Positions 13,172 to 25,800 of a stretch of DNA of 63,810 nucleotides are shown here, one piece after another. How positions within the stretch are numbered: the stretch's first letter is position 1; each line of letters starts with the position of its first letter. The notes under the pieces were generated by a model. It was given only the letters and a program-made list of their open reading frames with translations. It did no database searches and had not been told where the DNA came from. The stretch is from positions 77,252,001-77,315,810 of the forward strand of contig OZ076410.1 in the NCBI GenBank assembly GCA_964187785.1, written 5' to 3'. Both the position numbers and the translations under genes were made by a program. The stretch is from Amphiscolops sp. MND2022 (lineage: Eukaryota).

Positions 13172-16016
13172 CTGAAATTGAACAACATTCTGAAAATGGT
13201 GGATGTTTTGAAGACACAATTATTCACAGAAGACGTCTATCGCCTAATACAAATCATTTTCTTAAAACGACTTTTCCCTTCTTTTGATCCTCAAAAAGAC
13301 GATAATTTAACAAAATAGATTGGTCCAAATTCAATTCCAGGAACATCAAGTAATTAGATAAAGTACTTTGAGGAAAGCACTTTGGTAACTGACTATTGAT
13401 CATGGCTATGTGTATCTACCTCGCACTGTCACAAAAATAGTACAAAAGCTTGTTTTATCAACAACTTTGGACCCTATTACACATTCACGTGGAGGTTTAA
13501 TGTTTAACTTGAAATAATCAGCAGCGATATGTATTTTGTAAAGTATAGTGAAATATGTTAAATAATGATTTAGCAGCCTTAACTAACAACTACTCTCGGT
13601 GGTCGGTGAACGATTCAAGTCACAATTGTACATTTCAAGTACCTTTGGTTAGTTGGTACTTTGGCAATGGACCTATAGCTGGACCTATAACTTCTCTTAT
13701 CACCGCTACTCCAATCACGATCCTCGCAAAGGCAGGTTTCTCTGCTTCGCGTGGAGAAGACCAGAAAAGTCAATCCGCACTGTGGCCATGTCTGGCTTTG
13801 TGGATAGGTTAATGAAGCAACATCTGGAACCAATTTCTGGCAAATTGGACAAGATTGCACCCAATAATTTTGAGTTATAGCACCCCTGTGTTCTGCAGGA
13901 GAACAACAAGAATCTGCTTTTATGAACAAAGTGCCAGCACTGTCAGAGGTCCTCCATTGCTATCTGCACCCCCCACCCCCTTTACGGACCGGATTAATTT
14001 GTTTTGCTTTGCAAATGTCACGAAATGTAAAATTTGTAAAAATCCTTCGAATATTTCTCAATATCACATAAGTAAGCACTTTAATAGGCACCCACCGTGA
14101 GATACGATTTAACCCGCTTTTCTGCAAACCCATCTTGCTTTAATTCAAACTACCACGTAGTTCTCTCTACCACGCTGAAGCAAACTACCACGTATACATA
14201 TAACTTCATTGCTTCCTCAGTCAAATGCTGCACTCAGGAATGCAAAGGGACATAACCTCTCAAACAATTTAGCCACCCCCCAAGTTCTATCTAACACGTG
14301 GATAAATTCGAGGTCAAAAAGACCTTAAATTAGCAGTGGATCAACCAATACGGTAGTTTCGTACGCCAAACTCCCTTATTCCTAATAAAAAGAGCCTAAT
14401 AAAAAACCAAAAAAGTGCAAAATCCTATTTAGTATCGCTCTGCCCACAATGTCACTTTAGCGCAATTTTCTGAGACTATCGGTTTAAACACCTGCTCCTT
14501 ATATCTATTATTCATCAAAAAATTTGATTGATCCTACCGGCCATAATAGAAATAGCACTTTTCTTATTTATTTTAATTTACCAACTCACATTTCTCAAAA
14601 TTAGAACCTGTTTCTGATTCACCAACAGTAATTTTCATCAGTTTTGAGAGATTTCGACGTTTATCATTTCCAATTATTACAGCGATAGGAATAGGGGCCT
14701 ATGTTTTATTTTAGAATCAGCCGTTTGAGTGCGTGAAACCTGCGATAAGTAAAAGAACAGCCTCTCCACGCAACAAACCAAGCAAGTATGGTAATCTAGT
14801 GAAAGACACTCAATCAAGATTTCCATTCAGTGGTAGCTGTTAAAAACTGAGGTTTACGGACAAGTGGAACAAAGCTTACGGTTTACACAATTGAAAAATG
14901 ATTAAAAATGGCAAAACAGAATTGAGTGGCGAACAAAAGAACCCAAAACATTTACGTTCCTCGTGAAAACAGCTGCAAAAATATAGCTGTTTCTGAAAAA
15001 GATTGAGCTAATTTTTTATTCACACCATTAATCATTCAACATTTTTCACATTAAGAGGTAAGAAAGTTGAGCCGGTGCAGAGGCCGCGGGAAATGGAATT
15101 GGCAGGTATATTGTTCTCAAAGCAACCTCTCTTTTTCATAATTCTTTTCAAAAGAACGTTTCTAAAGTACTCCATCAATCATTAACTCCCAGATAAAATG
15201 TGTCCAAATACCATGACATTTCGGAGTAGGCAATCATCACTGTTAATGCTCTTACTTCCGGATGAAAAATTCAAAATGAGGAAAACATTGTCTCCTTCCA
15301 CTTCCGGTGATTAAAATGAAAGCGCATGAATATTATATTTCATTCAACAACTCAAACTTGGGCCACTGTGTGAAATTATTAACACGCCCACTTTTTGTCA
15401 AACTGAACAACGCTTGAATCAATTTTTTATGAGCAAAAATTTATCGACTGCAACTTCTGAGTTGCAACTATGCGAATAAAAATGAAAAATGTTAAAAATC
15501 AAAAGGTCTGTTTCTTTCGATGAAGCTGGCCTTTGAAATAAATGCTGACAGGCTCTGTTTGGGAGAAGTTTTGTTTCGTAAAACTCGAAGGAAAATTCGA
15601 GCAATTAAATCAGTTTTCACGGGCAATAAAGTCTTAGTAATTTATGCATGAATTAGTAGCTATATTGAAGTAGCAGTGGAAAAAACAGCAGGTTCTGATC
15701 TATTAAGCAAAAGCCCCACCTCACGACTATAAAGGATTCTGTCGAAAAAGTGGGTAATGCAGCTGATGATGGATTAGCAACTAGCGAGTCGTAAGTCTTT
15801 CATAAAATAGCTCGACCCATATCACCAAGTCCGACCCATTCTCTTACGCGTTTGATCCTACCACTTGAAAGTTTTGATCCTAATCCAACAAATGAAAACA
15901 ATTTGTGAATCTGCCATGTCGCGCTACTTTTTCAAAAATACCTAGACCAGATTTAAAAATTTTGACATTGGATCTATTATTACTAACTGCATTACTAACA
16001 TTTACATACATGTGAT

Positions 16017-16524
16017 CAGTGAATTGACGTCGGTACATGTACACGAATTTTCTCGTACCGTTACACGAACTACCGATTTACACGATTTACTCAAAGTACA
16101 CGATTTACACGAGAAAATGAAACAATGAAAGGCTTCCGAAATGAGTATAAAAGTTACTCGGCCTTTGCTCGTTGGCCTACAAAAAATAACTCGAAAAGGG
16201 ATGAAATGATCCTGACATTCTGGCAAAAAGAAGTGGAACAAGGGATCAAACATCTAGTTCTGACCATTCAGGTCAGTTCTGCCCCAGTGGAAAGTATGTT
16301 TTCTTTTCATAATTTGAGATGTGATGACAGACGAAACAGATTTTTACCAACGAATTTAGAAAAGACTTAAAATTCGTTTTCTGAATGAATTTTCATAAAC
16401 TTGATTTTTTACAGTCGATACACGGTACCGTACACGATGCTTTTTTGTACACGATACCGATGCTTTATGGGAAAGTATACGAAAAACACGATAAACGGTT
16501 TTCAGTACACGAGTCAATTCACTG
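16017..16524 (+). mobile_element. Non-autonomous hAT DNA transposon (internal-deletion derivative)
   Basis: Perfect 12-bp TIRs CAGTGAATTGAC (16017-16028) / GTCAATTCACTG (16513-16524); perfect 8-bp TSD CATGTGAT (16009-16016, 16525-16532); clustered subterminal TACACG(A) motifs at both ends. Confidence 0.93.
16125..16370 (+). pseudogene. hAT transposase C-terminal dimerisation-domain remnant (81-aa ORF)
   Basis: FWQ...LTIQVSSAPVESMFS...RRNRFLPTNLEK matches the hAT dimerisation motif (FW...L.IP.SSA.VER.FS...R.RL...N.E); lies inside the TIR-bounded element. Confidence 0.8.
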
Positions 16525-18161
16525 CATGTGATACAAGTTGTGACGTCTTGGGAAGGAGCTATCTTTTCAAAAGTGTAATATCCAGTGAGAGTTCTCGAGA
16601 AGGAACCAATTTCAAGGTGACAACGTCCTTTTATTTTGGCACCCTATTATTTTTAAGCCATGTCGACGTCTGGCGTAAAACTAGTAATAAAGCCAAGGTT
16701 GATACCTGATATGGCATTTGAATATTAGCTCGAATTTATGCATGTGTAGAAACTGAAGATATTCAGTTTCATTCATCATTCAGTTTCATTGTTTGATCTT
16801 TAAAGCACATAAAATGTTGCTCCGATTCCTACCTAAATTCCAGCGACACTGCCTAAATTCTCTTGGGCAACCAACCAAATTCCGTTACATCAAAGTTAAT
16901 TAGCAACAAAACGAAGAAAAGGTGGCCTTTCTAAGCTAGGAATTTGCGTTATTTAGGGATGACTTATAAATAAGGATAATGTCACGGGAACAAGACGCTC
17001 CCTTTCAAACAACGTCTCAACTACTCAGCCATTACTGATGACGTCATTGATATGGCCTCAAATGTCTGATTTGCACTAAAAGTTGCGTTTTTCACATTGG
17101 CATGGTACAAAATGACAGTCACTCCTAAAAGCTTGTGCTCCAAATATTACTTGTCATTTGTATTATTATATACAGTTAATAAATAGTTCAACACTTTCGA
17201 GAAAATTTCAGAAAAAAACATTCATGAAGACAGTTCCGTACAACTTCTTCGTAGCAAGATTTTAAGATGGCTATTTGAAGAAGAAGCTTTTCATGAAATT
17301 TCCATGTAGAGAAACGGTGGGTAAATATTGAACAGAACCTTATGGTTCCATGCATAGAGCATAGAAACACATGGTATTCCACGTGCGTTGGATCCCGGAA
17401 CTGTTCAAAAGATCTCCAATTTTTAGGAGACAATTATCAATAAAGCACCAGACGACAGCGCCAAGATACTTTTTTCTTAATAGGAAAATTTTGGGGAGAT
17501 CAGTAATATGGCACTTTACACTTTACTGCGAGACATTTTTGACAGATGAAAACATGACATTTGGTGCAAATTTCGACCAAGGTCTCATTTCCAATTCGAT
17601 GATTGAGTTAGAACCAGATCCTGTAGAAGGCAAAATGTTACGGTTCGAAATCAAGGATAACTAAGTTCATTTGATTTAGAAGTTATTTGGACTAATGAAC
17701 AGGATGACGTTCAAATAATAAAGATCAAACAAGACTGAAGTAGACAAAGAACTATGATCACTTATGGAACAAAGATTTACACCTCATTAATGGCAACTAA
17801 ACTAATGTGTTTTTCCAAGGTTGGAATGATACATTTTCATGCTAACTGGTAGTTGAACTTTTTTAAACTCCAGGACCAAAATTTTCATCACCATTGTGCA
17901 TCCCTGTCTCAAACTCGTCCGAGTTTCGTTTTTTTTTCAAAACGATCTTTCCATTTTTTACAATGAAGTTTCGACAAAAAGTAATGTTTCTTATTCAATT
18001 CAGGAAGGGACTGAAAGAAAGTCAAATACTTTTTTAAACAGCTAGTATGTTTGACGGATAAAATTACCAATAAAAATCGGAAAAATTGTTCATCTGTACA
18101 AGTTCAAACCGAATAAAACTAAATGAACCTCTTCTTCCTTTTCTACTGGAAAATATCACCA

Positions 18162-18580
18162 TTTTTAGCAGGCGCTTTTCTTGAAAAAAGTCTACTATAG
18201 TCATGGCTTTTCGTCAGTGTTTTTTTTCGATACACCAGAAGTGATCAAAATAGTTCTGCAAGTTCTACAAAATTTTATGGAGTCAAATTGAACCATTTGG
18301 CCTAGCGAACAGAATCAAAAAGGTTTTTCCTTTTTTCACGTGAGATACAATACCGGGCGAAAGTAAAGGGTCCCCCTTCCATTTTTTCGGCATTGTGGGA
18401 CTTTTTTGAATTTTTTTCACCAAAGAGTCCCCCCTTTCAGTTTTTTCGGCATTAAGACTTAAAAAAAATTCTTCATATAAAAGGGTTCCCAATTCACCAA
18501 TACTTTGATATTTTGAAGTCCTTTTGCTATTTTTGAGCCTTAGCTAATATGGCGACGACTTGGGCCGGTCCCAGATTGTT
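18162..18580 (+). mobile_element. HINE (Helentron-like) family copy
   Basis: 5' tttttagcaggcgc; internal AGGGTCCCC modules; 3' gcgacgact-tgggccggtccc...ttgtt. Confidence 0.7.
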
Positions 18581-20718
18581 TCAGTTAAGTAATCGACACT
18601 TCTGAAGGAGGAAAACTGTTTTTGAAGATTCCAAGTTTTATTAATTCTTCTGATGTTGGACCTGTATTCATAAACTGGTTAATTTTTCATCAAAAGGTTT
18701 CATTATGTTTTAAAGCTGCCTGCACATGTGTTTTGAGCTAATGAAAAAATGATTACAGAGTAAATTTTCAGTAATGATTCCCGGAGTGATGACATACATG
18801 ATGTATTTCGGAACAGAATTCAAATACTGTGCAGCTTTTTGAGAAATACCACGTAGAAGCTTGGCAAAAGCGATCCAGATGAAAATGAATTATATCTACA
18901 AAAGGCATCAATATTTTTTTGTTTTACATGAATTCGTGAACAAAAGAATCTAATAAACAAAAATTCGGCAATTTTTTCAAATCATTCAAATCTTGCCGCT
19001 GTGTGCTGTTTTTCAATGAGTTGTGGGATTTAGTTCTTGATTGAAAACAACAAGCCCATGTTTGAGCTATCGTCTTAAACAGTCCCAATAAAAAAGAAAC
19101 TGCCGTGACTTCGAAAAATTGAATGAATTCGTTATCAACCATACCACTTTTTAAGTCAGGCGCCCTTAAGATGGGATAATTGATACGAAAGGAAAATCTC
19201 TTCTCAATTTGTTTTTTTGTCTTTTCCCGTTAAGTGTAATTCTTATCGAGGGCCATTGGATCACGGTGAATCTCGAATTTCAAGCCTTAAACAAAAGGCG
19301 CTCAAAATGAAACAAGATCTCCCCTCCTTTCCAGATAATTTTGATTCAATGTTTTAAAATTCACTGGAATATAAAGTAATTAATGGAACACTGTTGTTGA
19401 AGATCGAATTTCATTGACCCGCGATTAAAAAAAAAGAGTTCCAGTAAAGATACCTAGATAAAAAGTGACTCAAAAATTACTAACCGTCAGATCTGTAAGG
19501 CAGGACACTCTGAGAGAGCGTGAAAAGAATAGTAACAAGTATGAACAAATAATAAGCCATTCTTGATTAGGATGTTTTGGGTCTCCCTCAATTTTCCAGG
19601 ATAATGGCTAACGCCAAAAGATAACGTCTTTCGCAAATAGCTGAAATATAGTGAACACCAATTTTTGCTATTGAAATTCAAGTAAATGCTGAAGGAATTG
19701 TTTCTTATTGTTTCAATAATAAGCCACCTTGCATGGCGTGAAAACAGCTTCGCTTCGATTGAACCAAGTCTCGATTTATTCGACTTCACACTTTCAGGTG
19801 TTAAATTAATATTGTCCAATAAACCAGCAAACGGACGAATTTGCAATTAAGATAAATTCATAAAAGTTGATCGCTAGCATTAAAAGCAGCGCCGCTGATA
19901 AATGCTCGTTTTCTATTGGTCCATTTCTTGCTTTCGAGCTGAATAAATTAGAGAACAGTGCTAGCTAGACTGACTGAAATTACTTCAGCCACTGCCGCCG
20001 AAGAAACTGAATTTGTTTCCCCAATTTTTGATGGAATAGGATGGAGATTTATTTGATATTCAATTTCTTACTGCTATTTTTAATTTGACACTAACCAAAA
20101 AGCCAGCGTCACATATCAATGAGGAACAAATTACGGAGAAGAGTTGATCAGGTTTCAAAACTAACGGGTTTTTAGATGCTGGCCGTAGTTACTTCTTGAA
20201 GCGAGCCAATTAAATTTCAAGTGGAAACAATTCTGTTAATTGTTCAGACCTAAATATCTGCATACAAAAGTGTTTGCCTCTTTTGCTTTTAACCTAAACA
20301 AATTATCGTCTATCCTAACTTGATTGTTTGTAGTGATTTATAATTTGTTTGAACAACTACGCCAGCATTAAGAGCATCAACTATCGAACGAATTAATATT
20401 CTTGAAACCGGACAACGCTACAAATTCGGTTTCCAAGAGCGAAATTTCACACCGTCAGCCCAATCCCAAGTTCATGAAAACCAAAAACTTGATAATCTAC
20501 AACTTGTTCAATTGAAAGTTCATGCATCGTCCAGAAACTTCCGATCCAAGTCAACCGATTTTGTGCTATTACAGACCAAATACCCACAACCCAAAAGTAA
20601 CTAACACCAAATAACACGAAACGAAATAAATGCAAGAGGACTTCAAAATTTTGGGCAATCATGCCTCTAGAATCTCTCCCAGTCTTAAAAAACAATATTT
20701 AGACTACTCAGTAATTTT

Positions 20719-20753
20719 AACAAGACACCCGCTGAGCAGCGGGATATTTTCCG
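20719..20753 (-). repeat. Isolated 35-bp hairpin terminus shared with the SINE-like element at 47573
   Basis: Minus strand CGGAAAATATCCCGCTGCTCAGCGGGTGTCTTGTT, near-identical to 47573-47606 and 54137-54171. Confidence 0.75.
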
Positions 20754-20907
20754 TCCGAGCTATTCTAGAAATGACATAGTCCTGAGGCTCGAGAGCAACC
20801 AATAAAGTACAACAGTGTGCGTTCATTTCACCCCATATCATTTCACCCCACATTCATTTCAACCCACATTCATTTCACCCCACGTTCATTTCACCCCACA
20901 TTCATTT

Positions 20908-22043
20908 GGTGTGCGTTCATTTCACCCCAAAATCATTTCACCCCATATCATTTCACCCCATATCATTTCACCCCAGGTTCATTTCACCCCACATTCATTT
21001 CACCCCACATTAATTTCACCCCACATTAATTTCACCCCACGTTCATTTCACCCCACTTTCATTTCGCACCATATTGTAATTGTACGAAAGCGTCTCACCC
21101 TAATTAACCAATTAACAATTAAACTTTAATGTCTACTGTCTTTGAATCAGCTTTGATTTGAATGTCAGTTTCTGGCCTTTAGGATTTTTTTGCCGTAGGA
21201 AAACTGAATAGGACATTTTCCGCTGAATGATTTTTTTTCAGCGCCTTGTTCAGAAGTATTACAGTTCCGATAAGTGAAACTTTTCGGTTCTGATTTTGTG
21301 GTTCACAGCGAGCATCGTTTGCTTATCTAATTGGTAATGGTAATTAGATTCAAGACGCTTTTCTATTAGCGCTAAGATTAAAATTGGGTGGCAATAGTCA
21401 TTAATCTGAGACGCATTTTATAATTTAAATATGGGGTGAAATGATATGGGTTGAATGAAACAGCTTTCAATGGGTTGAATAAAATATCCACTGACAAAAT
21501 CAAATTTCATGACCGAACAGACTCCCTAATTTTTGATGCAAATGCCACAACCAGTTTTTTACAGAACTGCTTTATGAAAAGAGCAGTTGCCCTGTGGAAC
21601 AACGTGCCGAAGTCAATATCAAAAAACAAATACTCTTACGAGACTATAAAAACAAAATTGAAACATTTCTACAACTCTCAAATCAAAAAAGAAGTAGAAC
21701 AACCTGAGCATAGAATGAAATGTTGGAAAGATTACCGTTTTTAATATCACGTTTACACTTTTAAATAATTATCTTTGTTATCTCGTGTTATTTCGTATTA
21801 TTTTTGTACACTACTGAGCTTTTACACTACTGGTTTTTTTTAAAATGATTGAATGTGCTTGTTCATTTCATTTTTTTAAAAAAATCGGAATTCAGTGTTT
21901 TTTTTTGAATGTGGGGTGAAACGAACGTGGGGTGAAATGAACGTGGGGTGAAATGAACCTGGGGTGAAATGAACGTGGGGTGAAATGACATGGAGTGAAA
22001 TGATATGGGGTGAAATGAACGTGGGGTGAAATGATACTAAACC
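20908..22043. mobile_element. Foldback-type element A, inner copy, with long TIRs built from 15-bp tandem units (possibly Mutator/Phantom-like)
   Basis: Left arm GGTGTGCGTTCATTTCACCCC... (20908-~21097); inverted right arm tgagacgc...GGGGTGAAATGA (21407-21457 and 21905-22043, ending ...atactaaacc). Flanks attcattt / gttcattt are a 7/8 TSD match. Confidence 0.75.
21458..21904 (+). mobile_element. 5'-truncated LINE (CR1/L2-like) 3' fragment inserted in the right arm of foldback A
   Basis: ORF 21451-21744 ends QNCFMKRAVALWNNVPKSI...YETIKTKLKHFY, typical of the CR1/L2 ORF2 C-terminus. TTGAATG flanks both sides (21451-21457, 21905-21911) as a possible TSD. Confidence 0.65.
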
Positions 22044-22167
22044 GTTCATTTCACACCGTATTGTAATTATACAAAAGCGTCTCACGTTAATTAGCCTATT
22101 AACAATTAAACTTTGATGCCTACTGTCTTTGAGTTAGCTTTGAGGTTTCTGGCCTGTAGGAAATTTT

Positions 22168-22707
22168 GGTTACAGGTCTTAATACCAGATGACAAAATAC
22201 CAGAGGTCAAAAGACCAGAGGTCATAAAACCACAAAGTCAAATTACCAGACGGTCGAATTACTAGACGGTCAAAATACAGATATAGAAAAATAAAGTTTT
22301 AGTGAAATGAATAAAATAGTGGTATAAAATGATTTCAGTGCTTTCAGAATCGAAAGTGTTACAGTAACTAGTTATTGACATGTCAAGAAAGGGACATTTA
22401 CTAATTCATGTTTATCAAATCGTAGACATTAGTTGCAATAATTAGAAATGAATAATCTAGCTCTAAATGAGTCTTTTAATTACGGTATTAAAAAATAATA
22501 ATCATACTTCACGTGGTACGCTACTTGGTTTCCTAATCCTCTGGGATTTTGAACGTCTGGTAATTCACGGTACGTTACTTGGTTTCCTAATCCTCTGGAA
22601 CTTTGACCGTCTGGTAATTTGACCATGTGGTAATTTACTCTTAGGTTTTATGACCTATGGTCTTTCGACATCTGGTACTTCGACTTGCGGTACTTTGACC
22701 TGACACC
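22168..22707. mobile_element. Foldback-type element B (modular TIRs of ~15-bp AAATTACCAGACGGTC-like units)
   Basis: Termini GGTTACAGGTC / GACCTGACACC (inverted, 9/11); perfect 8-bp TSD GAAATTTT (22160-22167, 22708-22715); arms ~22168-22285 and ~22595-22707; internal ~54-bp tandem duplication at ~22510-22620. Confidence 0.8.
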
Positions 22708-22869
22708 GAAATTTTTTGCGGTAGGAAAATGGAATAGGAAATTTTTTGCTGAAGATCCACAGCATCCAAAATTGTAGATTTTGATTGACAGAAAAAAATG
22801 AATTTTCTTATTCCTCCTTATTCAAAAGTAATACAGCTCCTTATTCCAAAGTAATACAATTCCGATATG

Positions 22870-25800
22870 TTTAACTTTCCACATTACCGATCTTCGAAAA
22901 CAAGACCATTCAAGAGGCGAAGCTATGGTGGAGGAGGTTTATACAATTCGTCAAAATGACCCACGATACAGACCTGAACAACATGACAACCGACTAAGAA
23001 CTATTTCTTGAATTTCGAGACGAACTGGAAGTAAAGTTCAAAGACATGTTCATTGGGGCATTGGGTGAAGCTGCAGTAACCAAAATGACAAAAACAGTAA
23101 GAGATAATGACCCAAACAAGATCAATATCAACCAAATGTATGCCCTATTCAGACTCCATTTTATACCCGAAAAAAATGAATTCAATAGCAGGGCCGACTT
23201 CTTTGGTATAACAAGGGAACCGAACGAAACAGCGGAGGACGTCTGGACAGGGATTCTACAAACGGAGAAAAACTGCGAGTTCGATAGAGTAACTCCGGCA
23301 GAACTTATCGCATCAAAAATTTTTATCTCTCATTGGAAGATCTATGGGGGATTACGAAATGAAGAAAAAAATCTGGAAGAGCGACATGACAATTGAGACA
23401 ATAACGGACTAAATACACGAAAACGTGTATGACCGGCTAAACGATTCAAACAACTCAGATGATAGAAGAGACGTCAAACATGTACAAGAACGGTCACAGA
23501 AGAGAAAATGTCCTGAAAAATCCATGTATGAACGAAACAAAAGAAGACCGGACTACCACAAAGAAAGATATAAAGACAACCGTTGTGGACAATGCGGAGC
23601 ACCGAACTGGACCAGACAGCATATATGCCCAGCAAAAACCGTGGAGTGTAGAAATTGCAAGAAGAGAGGACACTACGAAAAGATGTTAGAAGATCCCAAA
23701 AGAAAATAACATGTGGATAGAACAGCATCACCAGCAGACGAAGATAACTGGGACTACGACAAAATCCAAAAAATAAACAATAACAAAAAGAAAGGCGACT
23801 ACTTCTACGTAACTTTATTGGTTTACAACGCACCAATAAAATTTATCATTGACAGTGGCTCCCCAGTGACACTAATACCTCAACGCCTTTTCAACAAAAC
23901 AACAAAAGTGGAGAAAATGAACATCGATTACAAAGATGTCAACGCTAATAACATTGTATTTGTCGGACAAACTAACGCAACGGTGAAAACAAACACAACA
24001 TCATTACAACTACCACTACTAAATACAAAAGCAAATATAACACCGCTAATGGGATGAAAGTAACAATCAACTCAAGCACCGAAGCTATCAAAATACACAA
24101 CATAAGAATGGACTAGAACGAAAAGAAAATCCTAAAGTTGAAAAACGAATTCAAAGACTTGTTCTATAACAACAAAGAAATAAAAGACACGGTAGTCAAG
24201 ATTAACTTAAAAGAAAACGCGTACATAATACAACAAAAAGGAAGATCAATACCAATCCACCTACAAGACCAGGTCGCCGAAGAACTGAAAAGATTGATAA
24301 AGAACAGATAACTAGAACGAGCAACGGAAATCACCGAAGATTGCTTCGTAAGTCCTGCGGTATTAACGGTAAAAAAGGATAAATCAATAAAAATCGCATT
24401 GGACTCAAGAAAACTAAACGAGGCAACATTCAAAGAAAGGCACATGGAAGAACTGATATCAAGAATGTCACGGAAAATATCAGAAGAAACAGAGGGCGAA
24501 ATCATGATAACAAAACTGGACTTTGATTACGCCTACGGACAACTAAATTTAGACGAACAAACACAAAATTTGTGCATATTCACGGCCACACGCGGGGAAT
24601 TCACCGGATACTACGGTTTCCCGAAAGGACTTTACGGACTGGCAGACGTACCAACCGTCTTTTAGGAACGGATAGACAAAACACTCGAATTCAAACATCC
24701 CGTTTGGCTAGACGATATAATAATCGTTACCAAAGGAAGCGCATAAAAACATGAATTGGAGGTAAAAGAAACGATGAAGAAGCTGGAAGAAGCGGGATAC
24801 TCACTGAACCTGAAAAAAAGCGAATTTTTCAAAAAAAGAAGCAGAATGGATTGGACACAAAATAGACCAAAACGGAAAACGACCTCTACAAGACAATTTG
24901 GAAGCGATAACGGAAATAGAAATACCAAAAAACAAAAAAGAAATAAAGTCCTTCCTGGGAGCAATACAATACCTGTCAAAGTATATCGAAAATCTGTCAA
25001 CACAAACAGATATGCTAAGATAACAGCTAAAAAAAAACAAAACAAGTGGATATGAACAGATGAACACACAAAATGTTTTAATAATCTCAAGAAATTGATA
25101 ACACAACTACCATGTTTAGCATTTTACAACTCGAAAAGTGAGAACATTCTAACAATGCATGCAAGCACAAAAGGATTGGGAGCTACACTATGGCAGAAAC
25201 AGAAGGACGGAAATTTAAATCCGATTGGGTTCGCAAGCAGATTTTTATCGGATACGGAAAAGAAAAACGCCATAAGTGAACTGGAACTCCTTGCAGTAGT
25301 GGCGGGACTGGAACATTTTCGACTATACATTTATGGTAAACCAGTCGAAGTATTGACCGACCATCAAGTGTTAGAACCATTAATTAAAAGAAATAGAGCG
25401 AATAAAACATATAGCGTGAGATTAACAAGATGGTTGGATAGACTAACGCATTTCGATATTCAAATAAAGCACATTGCAGGCAAGTACCTGAATTTAACCG
25501 ATTACTTCAGTTGAAATCCAATTTCCAATCCTGAATCAATTGAGAATTACGACGAAGAATACGTGATCGATTGCATAATCGAACTAATCAATTGCATAAT
25601 CGAAATACCGTATTGGAGTTCATCAATAATCACGACAGCATCACTGATGAGAAGGAAAGCACAGTGCGAACGGACCGAACGAACTCACACCAAACGAATA
25701 GCCAATCAGATTCAAGACACGTGCTGAAGCTACAGACGAGCGATAACAAACAGCAACATCGCAGTTCGTTGCTACCACAACAAAAATCAGTTCACACTTA

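Larger units (their letters stand above)
20814..22760 (+). mobile_element. Foldback-type element A, outer (host) copy; only left arm and part of interior visible
   Basis: Starts agtgtgcgttcatttcacccc with 15-bp CATTTCACCCC units (20814-20907). Resumes at 22044 with gttcatttcacaccgtattgtaatt...; 22047-22167 plus 22708-22760 parallel the interior of the inner copy (~21055-21235). Confidence 0.65.

Noticed and set aside
14350-14700. Possible decayed MITE (cccttattccta / taggaatagggg inverted match)
   Set aside because: Only an 11/12-bp internal match; no clear termini or TSD.
20815-22043. CRISPR-like appearance of the 15-bp arrays and HFTP-repeat ORFs
   Set aside because: Units are contiguous with no unique spacers, form inverted arms of a transposon, and no cas genes are present; the ORFs are repeat translation artefacts.
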